Positions 18,458 through 27,663 of a DNA stretch of 64,000 bases are shown piece after piece (position 1 is the stretch's first letter; the number at the start of each line of letters is the position of its first letter). Location: positions 69,351-133,350 of the forward strand of contig JAZRZM010000004.1 of the NCBI GenBank assembly GCA_045601385.1. The letters are read 5' to 3'. Both the position numbers and the translations under genes were made by a program. This stretch comes from Clostridia bacterium (GTDB taxonomy: Bacteria; Bacillota; Clostridia; Christensenellales; DTU072). Below the pieces are notes generated by a model. The model did not search any database. It saw only the letters and a list, made by a program, of their open reading frames with translations, and was not told where the DNA came from.

Positions 18458-19117
18458 ATGACGACGACAATCGGGTTTTGGGAAGTTACCGCGCAACTCG
18501 GAAAAGGGTTCGGTGTGACCTGCCTTTTGTTCGTCGCCTCTTTTTTGCTTTCTCTTGTTTTTGGACTTTTGCTTTGCCGGGGCGAAACGTCGAAAATAAA
18601 ACCCCTGTCATACGCATGTAAAGCGCTCATTTCCGTCATACGCGGCACGCCTCTTATTTTGCAGATTATCGTCGTATATTATGTGCCGGGGCTTGTTTTC
18701 GATTATCCTATGCGGTCGAAGTTCCTTGCCGTATTGATCTCTTTCGTCATTCATTATTCGTGCTACTTCGCCGAGATATACAGGGGCGGACTCGAGAGCG
18801 TCAGCGTGACGCAGACGGACGCCGGATGCGCGCTCGATATGACGAAAGGGCAGATTTTTTGGTATATAAAACTGCCGCAAATTGTTAAAAACATTATTCC
18901 GCCGCTCAGCAACGAAACGCTGACGATGGTAAAAGATACGTCACTCGCTTCGACGGTCGGGCTGTTTGAACTCTTTTCGTACGCAAAAGAAATCGAAAAA
19001 GTGTACGTCATATTGTGGCCGCTGTTTTATGCCGGGCTGTTTTATTTTGTGTTTAATTTTATTCTTTCCAAACTGTTCCGACTTGTCGAAAAAAAATTCG
19101 ATTATTACAAAATCTGA
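18458..19117 (+). CDS. Amino-acid ABC transporter permease (His/Glu/Gln/Arg/opine family)
   Basis: Polytopic protein with an EAA-like loop (SVTQTDAGCALDMTKGQIFWYIKLPQ), typical of polar amino-acid permeases. Confidence 0.8.
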   Translation: MTTTIGFWEVTAQLGKGFGVTCLLFVASFLLSLVFGLLLCRGETSKIKPLSYACKALISVIRGTPLILQIIVVYYVPGLVFDYPMRSKFLAVLISFVIHYSCYFAEIYRGGLESVSVTQTDAGCALDMTKGQIFWYIKLPQIVKNIIPPLSNETLTMVKDTSLASTVGLFELFSYAKEIEKVYVILWPLFYAGLFYFVFNFILSKLFRLVEKKFDYYKI

Positions 19118-19118
19118 C

Positions 19119-19973
19119 TCATAAAAGGATCGCGTCTAAAAGCAGACAAAAACCGATGACGACGACCTGACCGCCGAGATAAATCCATAAAGAGTATCTG
19201 CCAGGATATGAAAAAACATAGTGCCACTTGCCGTCGAGAGCAGGGAAGAGGCTCTTTTTTTTGCGGTACAAAAGATAGGATACAGACGCGCCCAAAAAGA
19301 AAAACGATATATAAGGAAAGAGGGGGAAATAGTCGGCTGTCCACCAACTGTCTTCATAGAAGAACAGTCCGCGCCAGTCGTTGTTGTAGGCGATCGTTTT
19401 CGCGGAAGAAAAGACCTCGATTATCGGCACGTTATAGCGTTTGTTTATTATAAAAAAAGTAATGGACAGGGCAAGCAGCGCGACGGAGAAGACGATTTTT
19501 TTTGCGTGTTCCGAAAACCTTTTCCGTGCGATTTTTTCGGTTAAAAAAGCAAAAAAGCGAAAGATATAATCGCTTATTGCATAGCCAATCGTGATAAGCG
19601 CGAGGCAGTGCAGGACGCCCAGCAGAATAAAACAGTTCTGCCTGAGGAGATCTTGGGCAAAATACGTCACGACGCTCAAAAGAGCGGCGACGGCAAAGAG
19701 TCGCAGACCGCGGATAAGATTGTCGCGCGAAAAGGCGGTGCATACGCCCGATACGAAAAAGAAGAGGAACAAAAAAGACGGACGCCAGAAAGCGCGCGTC
19801 GGACCGTTCATATAGGCATAGCCTATTTGTTGCAGACTGTTCAGAAAAGCGTTCGATGAGGTTTTCCAACCCGAAAACATATAGGCAAAGTCATACATCG
19901 CATGGTCGATGACCACCATTACGATAGCAAAACCGCGGATAAAGTCGAGTTCCCATATACGCGTTTTTTTCAT
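19119..19973 (-). CDS. Polytopic membrane protein, DUF1624/acyltransferase-like
   Basis: N-terminal RIWELDFIRGFAIVMVVIDH resembles the heparan-alpha-glucosaminide N-acetyltransferase-like (DUF1624) signature. Multiple hydrophobic helices follow. Confidence 0.55.
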   Translation of the reverse strand: MKKTRIWELDFIRGFAIVMVVIDHAMYDFAYMFSGWKTSSNAFLNSLQQIGYAYMNGPTRAFWRPSFLFLFFFVSGVCTAFSRDNLIRGLRLFAVAALLSVVTYFAQDLLRQNCFILLGVLHCLALITIGYAISDYIFRFFAFLTEKIARKRFSEHAKKIVFSVALLALSITFFIINKRYNVPIIEVFSSAKTIAYNNDWRGLFFYEDSWWTADYFPLFPYISFFFLGASVSYLLYRKKKSLFPALDGKWHYVFSYPGRYSLWIYLGGQVVVIGFCLLLDAILL

Positions 19974-20593
19974 TTGTATTCCACTCCGATCGAGATGAGT
20001 TCGTTGTTTTTGCCGATCTTGAAAAGTTCGAAGCGGTCAACGTATTCGTGTACCAGTATTTCGGGACGGAGTTTTGAAAAATAGACTTGCGGTTCTTCGT
20101 ACTTGGGACGGCTCGTGACTTGCGGTGTGGGTTCGTTTTCTTTTTTTTCGGGAAGCCAGTCGTAATAATAAATTTTTTCGTCCGGTTTCTTTTTGTCTTC
20201 AAAAAGGGGAGGCAGAATCCGACGTTCGCATTCTTTTTCCCGTTCGAAAGAATCGCCTTTTTGACGAAGGCGGAAAAGATCGGTTTTTTTCTTACGCGAA
20301 AAGATTTTTTTTGCCGGCAGATAAATGGCGTTTTTGGCAAAAAGAATGACGGCGCAAACGACGCTTGCGACCGCCCCCGAAAGATAAATGCAACTTTCCA
20401 AAGAAAAATCGAACGGATCGAAAGAAAAACCGAAATACAAAACGACTCCCAATATCGCGTAAGTAGCCGGAACCCACAGTCCGCAGCCGAACACGATTTT
20501 TAGGAGCAGTTTCGGTATTCTCGAAACGGCGGTATCTATTTTGCGGAAGACGCCGCCGTTGTCGCTGTTCGGGTTTTCTTTATCCCTGTTCAT
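19970..20593 (-). CDS. Hypothetical membrane protein
   Basis: Two or three hydrophobic segments followed by a K/E/P-rich tail. It overlaps both neighbours by 4 nt, which suggests real translation. I recognise no family. Confidence 0.5.
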   Translation of the reverse strand: MNRDKENPNSDNGGVFRKIDTAVSRIPKLLLKIVFGCGLWVPATYAILGVVLYFGFSFDPFDFSLESCIYLSGAVASVVCAVILFAKNAIYLPAKKIFSRKKKTDLFRLRQKGDSFEREKECERRILPPLFEDKKKPDEKIYYYDWLPEKKENEPTPQVTSRPKYEEPQVYFSKLRPEILVHEYVDRFELFKIGKNNELISIGVEYK

Positions 20594-21852
20594 CCGATTT
20601 TATCGACGCCCATGTACGGACGAAGTACTTCGGGAATCGTGATGGTTCCGTCGGCGTTCTGATAGTTTTCCAAAACCGCCGCGGTCGTCCTGCCGATGGC
20701 GAGTCCGCTCCCGTTGAGGGTATGGACAAGTTTGACTTTTCCGTCTACGTCGCGGAAGCGGATATTGGCGCGGCGCGCTTGGAAGTCCACGTAGTTACTG
20801 CACGAAGAAATCTCCACGTAGCGGTTATAGGACGGCATCCATACTTCGATGTCGTACGTCTTTGCCGAGCCGAATCCGATATCGCCCGAGCAGAGGCAAA
20901 CGACTCTGTAAGGAAGTTTTAACTTTTGCAAAATCAATTCGGCTTCGTTTGTCAGCGATTCCAATTCTTCATAACTGTGATCGGGGTGAGCGAACTTGAC
21001 GAGTTCGACTTTGTTGAATTGATGTTGACGAATGACGCCGCGCGTGTCTCTGCCGGCGCTACCGGCTTCGCCGCGGAAGCAGGCGGTGTATGCGCAATAC
21101 TTGATCGGCAAGGACTTGACGTCGAGGATGTCGTCCCGATGCAGGTTGGTGACGGGTACTTCCGCCGTCGGCACAAGATAGCAGTCGGTGCCTTTGATCG
21201 CGTACATATCTTCTTCAAACTTCGGCAACTGTCCCGTGCCGAGCATGGAATCGCGGTTGACCATAAAGGGAGGAAAAACTTCTTCGTAGCCGTTTGCCGT
21301 GTGCGTGTCGAGCATCAGGTTCATGATCGCTCTTTCCAGACGCGCCCCCAAACCGTGGTAGACGTGGAACCGTGCGCCCGTGATTTTCGCCGCTTGTTTC
21401 GGATCGAGAATGCCGTATTTTTCGCCGATGTCCCAGTGGGCAAGAGGCTCGAAGTCAAACTTCGTCGGTTCCAGATAGCGACGAATTTCCGGATTGTCTT
21501 CCGAGTCTTTCCCGTACGGTACGCTGTCGTCCACAAGGTTGGGAATAACATACATGATTTCGGTCAAACGGGATTCTATATCGGCGAGTTCGGTGTCCAG
21601 TTTCTTGATTTCTTCACCTTTTGCTTTCATGTCGGCGATGATGTCGTCGCAAGGCGCTTTTTCGCGTTTTAACTTCGCTATCTGTTCGCTCGCGCGGTTT
21701 TTTTCCGCTTTTAAGGATTCCACGAGGCGAATGTCGGTACGACGTTTGTCGGCAAGAACGGATATCTCGGAAATATCGAGAGAACTGTTCCGCATGGCGA
21801 GTTTCTTTTTTACCAATTCGATATTGTCGCAGACAAATCTCAAATCTAACAT
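20590..21852 (-). CDS. serS: Seryl-tRNA synthetase
   Basis: N-terminal coiled-coil arm, then class II core motifs ([32 protein letters not shown]). Confidence 0.96.
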   Translation of the reverse strand: MLDLRFVCDNIELVKKKLAMRNSSLDISEISVLADKRRTDIRLVESLKAEKNRASEQIAKLKREKAPCDDIIADMKAKGEEIKKLDTELADIESRLTEIMYVIPNLVDDSVPYGKDSEDNPEIRRYLEPTKFDFEPLAHWDIGEKYGILDPKQAAKITGARFHVYHGLGARLERAIMNLMLDTHTANGYEEVFPPFMVNRDSMLGTGQLPKFEEDMYAIKGTDCYLVPTAEVPVTNLHRDDILDVKSLPIKYCAYTACFRGEAGSAGRDTRGVIRQHQFNKVELVKFAHPDHSYEELESLTNEAELILQKLKLPYRVVCLCSGDIGFGSAKTYDIEVWMPSYNRYVEISSCSNYVDFQARRANIRFRDVDGKVKLVHTLNGSGLAIGRTTAAVLENYQNADGTITIPEVLRPYMGVDKIG

Positions 21853-21920
21853 AAAAGGTATCCTCCGTAAAAACTTATAATATAGGCTGTCTTTATTTTA
21901 CAATAGAATGCCCGATAAAG

Positions 21921-21947
21921 CAATAAAAAAAAGGGATTTTCCCTTTT
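21921..21947 (-). terminator. Rho-independent terminator after argH
   Basis: On the minus strand: AAAAGGGAAAATCCCTTTT followed by a T-run, immediately after the argH TAA. Confidence 0.65.
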
Positions 21948-23339
21948 TTAATTCTTGTGCGATTTATGTTTAAGGACGTCTCGGACGTATAGCAACTGTT
22001 TTTCCACCGAAGACGGGCACGTCGCGCCAAGCGAGTTTCTTTTTTTCACGCACGTTTCCGGCTTGATGTCTTCGTACACGTCTTCTTCGATCAGGTCGGA
22101 AAACTCCCGATATATGTCGAGAGGCAGCGTTTCGAGCGTTTCGTTTTGTTCGACGCATTTTGCCACGATCTGTCCGGCGATTTTGTAGGCGGTGCGGAAC
22201 GGAACGTTCTTTTTCGTCAGATAGTCGGCAAGATCGGTCGCGTTGATAAAGCCTTTCGATACCGCGTTCCGCATGTTTCCGGTGTTGGCTTTCATTGTCC
22301 GTATCATCGGAGAAAGGACTCCCAAACACATATGAACGGTATCCAATGCGTCAAAAACGCACTCTTTATCCTCTTGCATATCTTTGTTGTAAGCGAGGGG
22401 CAGTCCTTTCAGGACGGTCAGCATGGAAATAAGGTCGCCGTACACTCTTCCCGTTTTTCCGCGTATAAGTTCCGCCATGTCGGGGTTCTTTTTTTGCGGC
22501 ATAATGGACGAGCCTGTCGTGAATTCGTCGGACAAAGAAACGAAGCGGAATTCCCACGAAGACCACAGGATGAGTTCTTCGCTCAGGCGCGACAGGTGCG
22601 TCATCAATAGGGAAAGGTCGGACAAAATTTCCACGACGTGGTCGCGGTCGGACACGCCGTCGAGGCTGTTTTGGGTGACGTCGTCGAATCCGAGGATCGC
22701 GGCTTCTTTTTTGCGATCGATCGGATACGTCGTGCCGGCGAGAGCGCAACAGCCGATCGGCGAGACGTTCATGCGTTTTTTGCAGTCGGCAAGACGGTCT
22801 TTATCGCGCAGGAGCATCATGGCGTACGCCATAAGGTAGTGACCGAAAGTCACCGGTTGCGCCCGTTGCAGATGGGTATAGCCGGGCATGATCGCTTCCT
22901 TGTACTTTTCCGCCCGATCGCATAGCGCGTACAAAAGTTCGTCGAGTTCTTCTTGCAATAGGTCCACTTGATTTTTCAGATACAGTTTTATATCGAGGGC
23001 GACCTGATCGTTCCGACTGCGCGCGGTGTGCAGTTTTTTTCCGGTATCTCCGATTCTGTCGGTCAGCACCTGTTCGATGAACATGTGGATATCTTCGGCG
23101 TCGTCGCCGATTTTGAGAGAACCCGTTTCGATATCGTTGAGGATGCTTTGCAGTCCGTCGAGAATGCGTTCGGCTTCGGCGTCGGTGATTATTTTTTGCG
23201 CGCCGAGCATGACGGCGTGCGCCATGCTTCCTTTGATGTCTTCGGCGTACATTCTTTTGTCGAAGCGTATGGAAGAATTAAAGTCGTCGGCGAGTTTGTT
23301 TGTCTTTCCGTCGGTGACGCCCGTCCACATTTTTTCCAT
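21948..23339 (-). CDS. argH: Argininosuccinate lyase
   Basis: MEKMWTG....................DI.GS.AH..ML..........GYTHLQ.AQP...GH...SSIMPQKKNPD: fumarate-lyase signature. The start is set at ATG 23339 with an AGGGGA RBS. The track's 72-codon R/K-rich extension is rejected. Confidence 0.93.
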   Translation of the reverse strand: MEKMWTGVTDGKTNKLADDFNSSIRFDKRMYAEDIKGSMAHAVMLGAQKIITDAEAERILDGLQSILNDIETGSLKIGDDAEDIHMFIEQVLTDRIGDTGKKLHTARSRNDQVALDIKLYLKNQVDLLQEELDELLYALCDRAEKYKEAIMPGYTHLQRAQPVTFGHYLMAYAMMLLRDKDRLADCKKRMNVSPIGCCALAGTTYPIDRKKEAAILGFDDVTQNSLDGVSDRDHVVEILSDLSLLMTHLSRLSEELILWSSWEFRFVSLSDEFTTGSSIMPQKKNPDMAELIRGKTGRVYGDLISMLTVLKGLPLAYNKDMQEDKECVFDALDTVHMCLGVLSPMIRTMKANTGNMRNAVSKGFINATDLADYLTKKNVPFRTAYKIAGQIVAKCVEQNETLETLPLDIYREFSDLIEEDVYEDIKPETCVKKRNSLGATCPSSVEKQLLYVRDVLKHKSHKN

Positions 23340-23422
23340 AATTTTTCCCCTTTTTTTACGAACGGCGAAAGCCTTTTTGCGCTTCCGCCGTCGATGATTA
23401 TTTTGAATGAAAATCGTTACGA

Positions 23423-24640
23423 TTATTTCCCGTTTACTTTTGCCGCGACCTGAATGGGCAGACCGAACAGGTTGATAAATCCTTCGGCGTCTTTCTGATT
23501 GTAATTGCTTTCGCCGAAAGTCGCTATCTCTTCGCTGTACAGAGAGTACGGACTCCATACGCCGGCGTTAATCATATTGCCTTTATAGAGTTTGAGGCGA
23601 ACCTTACCGGTGACGGTTTCCTGCGTTTTGTCAACGAAAGCGGAGAGCGCTTCGCGCAGCGGCGTAAACCATTGTCCGTTATAGACGAGTTCGCCGAAAG
23701 TAACGGACAGTTTTTGTTTTTCGTGCATCGTCATTTTGTCGAGGCAGAGCGTTTCGAGGACGCTGTGCGCCTTGTACAAAATGGTTCCGCCGGGGGTTTC
23801 GTACACGCCGCGGCATTTCATACCGACGAGACGATTTTCCACGATGTCGAGCAGACCGATACCGTTTTCGCCGCCGAGTTTGTTCAGTTTATAGATGATT
23901 TCTTTCGCCGATTTCTTTTCGCCGTCGATAGCGACCGGGACGCCTTTTTCAAATTCGATTTCCACGTACGTCGGGACGTCGGGTGCCTGAATGGGAGATA
24001 CGCCCATTTCCAAAAAGCCTTCTTTTTCGTACTGCGGCTCGTTGCCGGTGTCTTCGAGGTCGAGACCTTCGTGCGACAGGTGCCACAGGTTTTTGTCTTT
24101 GCTGTAATTGGTTTCGCGGTTGATGCGCAAAGGCACGTTGTGCGCTTCGGCATAGTCGATTTCTTCGTCGCGGGACTTGATCGACCACTCGCGCCACGGA
24201 GCGATGATGGGCATGTCGGGTGCAAAATGCTTGATGGCGAGTTCGAACCGCACCTGGTCGTTTCCTTTGCCGGTGCAGCCGTGACAAATCGCGTCGGCGT
24301 TTTCCTTTTCGGCAATTTCGACGAGGGCTTTTGCAATACACGGACGGGCATGGCTCGTGCCGAGCAGGTATTCTTCGTACAGCGCGCCCGCTTTCATCGT
24401 CGGAATGATATAGTTGTCCACATAGTCGTCGGTAAGGTCGAGAATGTACAGTTTCGACGCGCCCGTTTTCAACGCTTTCGTTTGCAGACCGTCCAGTTCG
24501 TCGTTCTGCCCGACGTTGCCGGCGACGGCGATGACTTCGCAGTTATTGTAGTTTTCTTTCAACCACGGAATAATAATGGATGTGTCCAAACCGCCCGAAT
24601 AGGCAAGCACGACTCTTTTTATTTGTTCTTTGTTCATCAT
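23423..24640 (-). CDS. argG: Argininosuccinate synthase
   Basis: [13 protein letters not shown]-loop-like motif, then [15 protein letters not shown] and a YS.D.NLWH.S.EG pattern. Confidence 0.96.
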   Translation of the reverse strand: MMNKEQIKRVVLAYSGGLDTSIIIPWLKENYNNCEVIAVAGNVGQNDELDGLQTKALKTGASKLYILDLTDDYVDNYIIPTMKAGALYEEYLLGTSHARPCIAKALVEIAEKENADAICHGCTGKGNDQVRFELAIKHFAPDMPIIAPWREWSIKSRDEEIDYAEAHNVPLRINRETNYSKDKNLWHLSHEGLDLEDTGNEPQYEKEGFLEMGVSPIQAPDVPTYVEIEFEKGVPVAIDGEKKSAKEIIYKLNKLGGENGIGLLDIVENRLVGMKCRGVYETPGGTILYKAHSVLETLCLDKMTMHEKQKLSVTFGELVYNGQWFTPLREALSAFVDKTQETVTGKVRLKLYKGNMINAGVWSPYSLYSEEIATFGESNYNQKDAEGFINLFGLPIQVAAKVNGK

Positions 24641-24674
24641 AAACTCCTTATTTCACGAACGAATCGTTGTCATA

Positions 24675-24703
24675 AGTGTATTCTTTTTTCTTCAAAATGT
24701 CAA
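24675..24703 (-). promoter_or_regulatory. Candidate argG promoter
   Basis: On the minus strand: TTGACA (24703-24698), 17 nt, TACACT (24680-24675). Confidence 0.45.
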
Positions 24704-24856
24704 CGGGTTTGCATATCAAAGGGAAAAATACCGTTATTTATTCATATTTTACGGTTTTATGCACATATTTGTGTATAATATTTAATCGTCGGAATAACCT
24801 TGCGTAAAAGTCGGAAATCGTTTATAATAAAATAATACTAAATAAGGTAGGTTATT

Positions 24857-25921
24857 TTGGAAATGAACGAGAACGAAAAAAACGAAATAAACGTACCGGA
24901 ATCCGCTCCGGAAGAGGTCGCGGCGAGCATCGCGCCGGCGGAGGAAACGTTTGATTTTTCCACCTTAAAGCCGAAGGTCAAACCGATCGGAAAAATTTTG
25001 TTTATTGTCTTTCTGATTGTCTGTATCGGATTGGGTTTGTTTTTCAGTTTTTATTCGGTATCGCTTGAATTATACGAGTTTTCGGAAAAGGACGGCGGCT
25101 ACGAATTGTCCGCGTTTCATAACGATAATTCGGTCACGTCGGTGACGTTTGACCGCGTCATGGAAAAGAAGGGTAACAAATGGGAAGCCACGGATAAACC
25201 GATAACTTCGATCAAGAGATATGCGCTTTGCGGCGACTCTGTTCTGACCGAAATCAATATCGGGAAAGACGTGGCTTTTATTGATTATCAGGCATTTTAT
25301 TCGTGTACCGCTCTGCGGAAGATAAACGTCGACACGCGGAACGAGCACTACTGCTCGGACGAAGGTATCCTTTATAATAAGGACAAGACGGAAATACTTC
25401 TTTTCCCGATTTGCTATTGCGAAAACGCCTCGGACGCTCTTTCTTCCGCCGTTTCGGCTCGGAAAGAAACCAACGAAAAAGGGGAAGAAACGACTTTTCT
25501 TACTTTTACCGTTCCCGAAAGCGTAGCGACGATCGGCGAACTGTGTTTTTCGGATGTGAAAAACGTCGAAAAGGTGACGCTCCCGTCCGGACTGAAAGAA
25601 ATGAAAACGCTTGCCTTTTTCAAATGCAAAGCGCTGAAAGAAATATCTTTGCCCGACGGACTTGAAAAAATCGGATCGGACGCTTTTTCGTACTGTTCAA
25701 AACTGACGTACATGTATATCCCCGCGTCGGTGACCGAGATAGGGCACCATGCCTTTTTTGACTGCGACGGCATCGGACAAATGTGCGTCGCCGCGGGAAA
25801 AGACGATTTCAAAAAAGTGGAAACGGGCGATCAATGGTTGCCGCAGACGTATGTCAGCGGTGCCAAACTGTTCAGTAAAGATATTGAAATCTTGTACGGT
25901 CAGGAAAGGAGAAGCGAATGA
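24857..25921 (+). CDS. Membrane-anchored BspA-type leucine-rich-repeat (LRR_5) protein
   Basis: An acidic N-terminal tail, one TM (ILFIVFLIVCIGLGLFFSFY), then repeated ..I.IP.SV..IG..AF..C..L..I motifs. The true start may be ATG 24863. Confidence 0.75.
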   Translation: MEMNENEKNEINVPESAPEEVAASIAPAEETFDFSTLKPKVKPIGKILFIVFLIVCIGLGLFFSFYSVSLELYEFSEKDGGYELSAFHNDNSVTSVTFDRVMEKKGNKWEATDKPITSIKRYALCGDSVLTEINIGKDVAFIDYQAFYSCTALRKINVDTRNEHYCSDEGILYNKDKTEILLFPICYCENASDALSSAVSARKETNEKGEETTFLTFTVPESVATIGELCFSDVKNVEKVTLPSGLKEMKTLAFFKCKALKEISLPDGLEKIGSDAFSYCSKLTYMYIPASVTEIGHHAFFDCDGIGQMCVAAGKDDFKKVETGDQWLPQTYVSGAKLFSKDIEILYGQERRSE

Positions 25922-27663
25922 AGGGACAGGCGAAAACCAAACTCCGGAATTTCGGGAAAGAGTTAAAGACCTATTGGAACAAACCGGCTCCGGGCAAATT
26001 CGTACCGTATAAAGAATACCTCGAAATATGCGGCGCGATCAACTTTAACTACGCGTTGAAGACGCCGGTGTCCTATATCAGTTTTGCGGCGAACTGTTAT
26101 CTTATTATGTATCACTACCACGTGCCGTATCTGACCTTTTCCATCATCACTTTGATCGGATTGCCGCTCGGATATTTGTGGAAGTTTTTAAGTTGGATTG
26201 TCGGCGACAACCTCGGCTTTATGGACAAGAAGACGACGAGGACGATTTTTACCATATACGCGGTAGCCATCGCGCTCGGAATCGGCTTGATTGCGTCCGA
26301 CCTTTCGGGACTGTTTGCCCTGAACGAAACGCTGGCGGCAAAAATCAATTCTTTGAGCGGTATCAACACGACGACCTTTTTGAAAATATTCGGCGTGCAA
26401 CTGCTTGCCGATAGCGGCGCGGGGCTATGGGATATGTTCTGGTCGAAAAAATTGATACCGAAATACGGGCGGTATAAGTACCGCATTTACAGCGACTGGG
26501 CACCCAAAGCGCTCTTATTTATTTTGATCGGCTGGTTGCCGATCGAAGCGATTGGGGACGACGCGCAAAGGATATGGGTGGCGTATCTGATGATACGTTT
26601 GTTTACGATGTTCAATTCGGACGACCGTATGACCAGTTGTGCCGCGCAAATAAGTCCCAATCCGCAAGAGCGCATTCTGGTGCGGACGTGGCCGGTCAAA
26701 CTCGGGCACTTGTTTAATTCGATACTTGCGTTCATCTTGCCGATCGTTATTGCATGGTTTCCGGGCGGTTTTGCCGATATCGGCATCTATCGCTACGTCA
26801 TGCCGGCAAGTTTTATTTTGTGCGGCGCGCTTACCTATATCCTTGCGCCCAAAGTACACGAAAGAATACCGCAGCCGCCTTTGGACAAGAAAGTCAAAAT
26901 CAACTTTTGGGACGGCGTCTTCGGCGTCATGCGCAATAAATACCAATGGATAAATACGATTGTCAATACCTTCGATTCGCTCGGCAACGGCATGCTTGAT
27001 ATTACCGTCGTTATCCTCTTATATACGATGCGCGTAGACGGTATCGTGTACAGCATTTTGGTGACACTGATTTCGGCGGCGGGGACGATCCCGTCCTTTA
27101 TTGCGCCCTATTTTATCAAGCGGTTTTCCTATAAATCCATTCGTATTTTCGGACAACTTGCTTCCGCGATCGTCAGCGGACTGTATATCGTCGCCTTGTA
27201 TTTTTGCGGCACGCATTATATCGCGCTCGGCGTTTTTCTCGTGCTTCTTCGCATGGTGTACAACTTTACCCGCGAAGTCCCGATCGTGGCGCAAAAAGAT
27301 ATGGACGAAAGGCTTTTTGACTATCAAATGTATCTTTCGGGAGAAAGGTTACAAAACTTTTCCGGGCTTTTCAGTATTATTAACAGTCCCATTACGACCT
27401 TTGTCGGTTTGCTGATACCGATGATTTTGCTGAAAAACGGGTTTAATAACAACTGGGATATTCTTTTTGTCGATTCGGCACGGTTTAAGATCATAGCCGT
27501 TCCGATTGCGCTGGACGCGGTAGGCTTTTTGCTGATGGCGATTCCGTTTTTCTTTTGGGATTACGATAATAAAAAACATGAAACGGTCATTAAAGAACTG
27601 AATCGTCGCGCCGAGATTCTCGGCGGTCAGGTTTATGAAGATAAGGAGAAAGACGCCGCATGA
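25918..27663 (+). CDS. Polytopic membrane protein, putative GPH/MFS-like transporter (paralog A)
   Basis: About 12 hydrophobic segments. The DYQMYLSGERLQNF loop is reminiscent of GPH symporters. ATGA overlap with the LRR gene stop. The family assignment is tentative. Confidence 0.55.
   Translation: MKGQAKTKLRNFGKELKTYWNKPAPGKFVPYKEYLEICGAINFNYALKTPVSYISFAANCYLIMYHYHVPYLTFSIITLIGLPLGYLWKFLSWIVGDNLGFMDKKTTRTIFTIYAVAIALGIGLIASDLSGLFALNETLAAKINSLSGINTTTFLKIFGVQLLADSGAGLWDMFWSKKLIPKYGRYKYRIYSDWAPKALLFILIGWLPIEAIGDDAQRIWVAYLMIRLFTMFNSDDRMTSCAAQISPNPQERILVRTWPVKLGHLFNSILAFILPIVIAWFPGGFADIGIYRYVMPASFILCGALTYILAPKVHERIPQPPLDKKVKINFWDGVFGVMRNKYQWINTIVNTFDSLGNGMLDITVVILLYTMRVDGIVYSILVTLISAAGTIPSFIAPYFIKRFSYKSIRIFGQLASAIVSGLYIVALYFCGTHYIALGVFLVLLRMVYNFTREVPIVAQKDMDERLFDYQMYLSGERLQNFSGLFSIINSPITTFVGLLIPMILLKNGFNNNWDILFVDSARFKIIAVPIALDAVGFLLMAIPFFFWDYDNKKHETVIKELNRRAEILGGQVYEDKEKDAA

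Noticed and set aside
21853-21947. Looked for a T-box leader upstream of serS.
   Set aside because: Only 95 nt separate serS from argH, and the argH terminator plus a promoter-like TTGTAA-17-TTATAA fill them. There is no room for a T-box and no specifier or T-box sequence.
23340-23558. N-terminal extensions proposed by the track for argH. The same applies to 5366-5428 for hisC, 12022-12276 for the SIS gene, 14761-14880 for the phosphoesterase and 3115-3129 for hisA.
   Set aside because: The extensions are basic low-complexity sequence that overlaps upstream genes or intergenic terminators. Internal ATGs with good RBSs and ATGA-type coupling give proteins of canonical length.
24734-24751. TTATTTATTCATATTTTA, which reads ATATGAATAAATAA on the minus strand, as a possible ArgR/AhrC ARG box upstream of argG.
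   Set aside because: It contains only a partial half-site match (TGAATAA) with no clear dyad or second box, and it lies about 30 nt upstream of the -35 in an A/T-rich region where such matches are expected by chance.
23672-24778. 368-aa plus-strand ORF over argG. Similar cases are 10123-10809 over galE, 17577-18470 over the SBP gene, 32483-33643 and 31166-31831 over the coiled-coil gene, 33994-34701 and 34825-35481 over the dnaD-like gene, and 35659-36324 over the dnaI-like gene.
   Set aside because: Each is antisense to a confidently identified gene and has typical shadow-ORF composition with no family resemblance.
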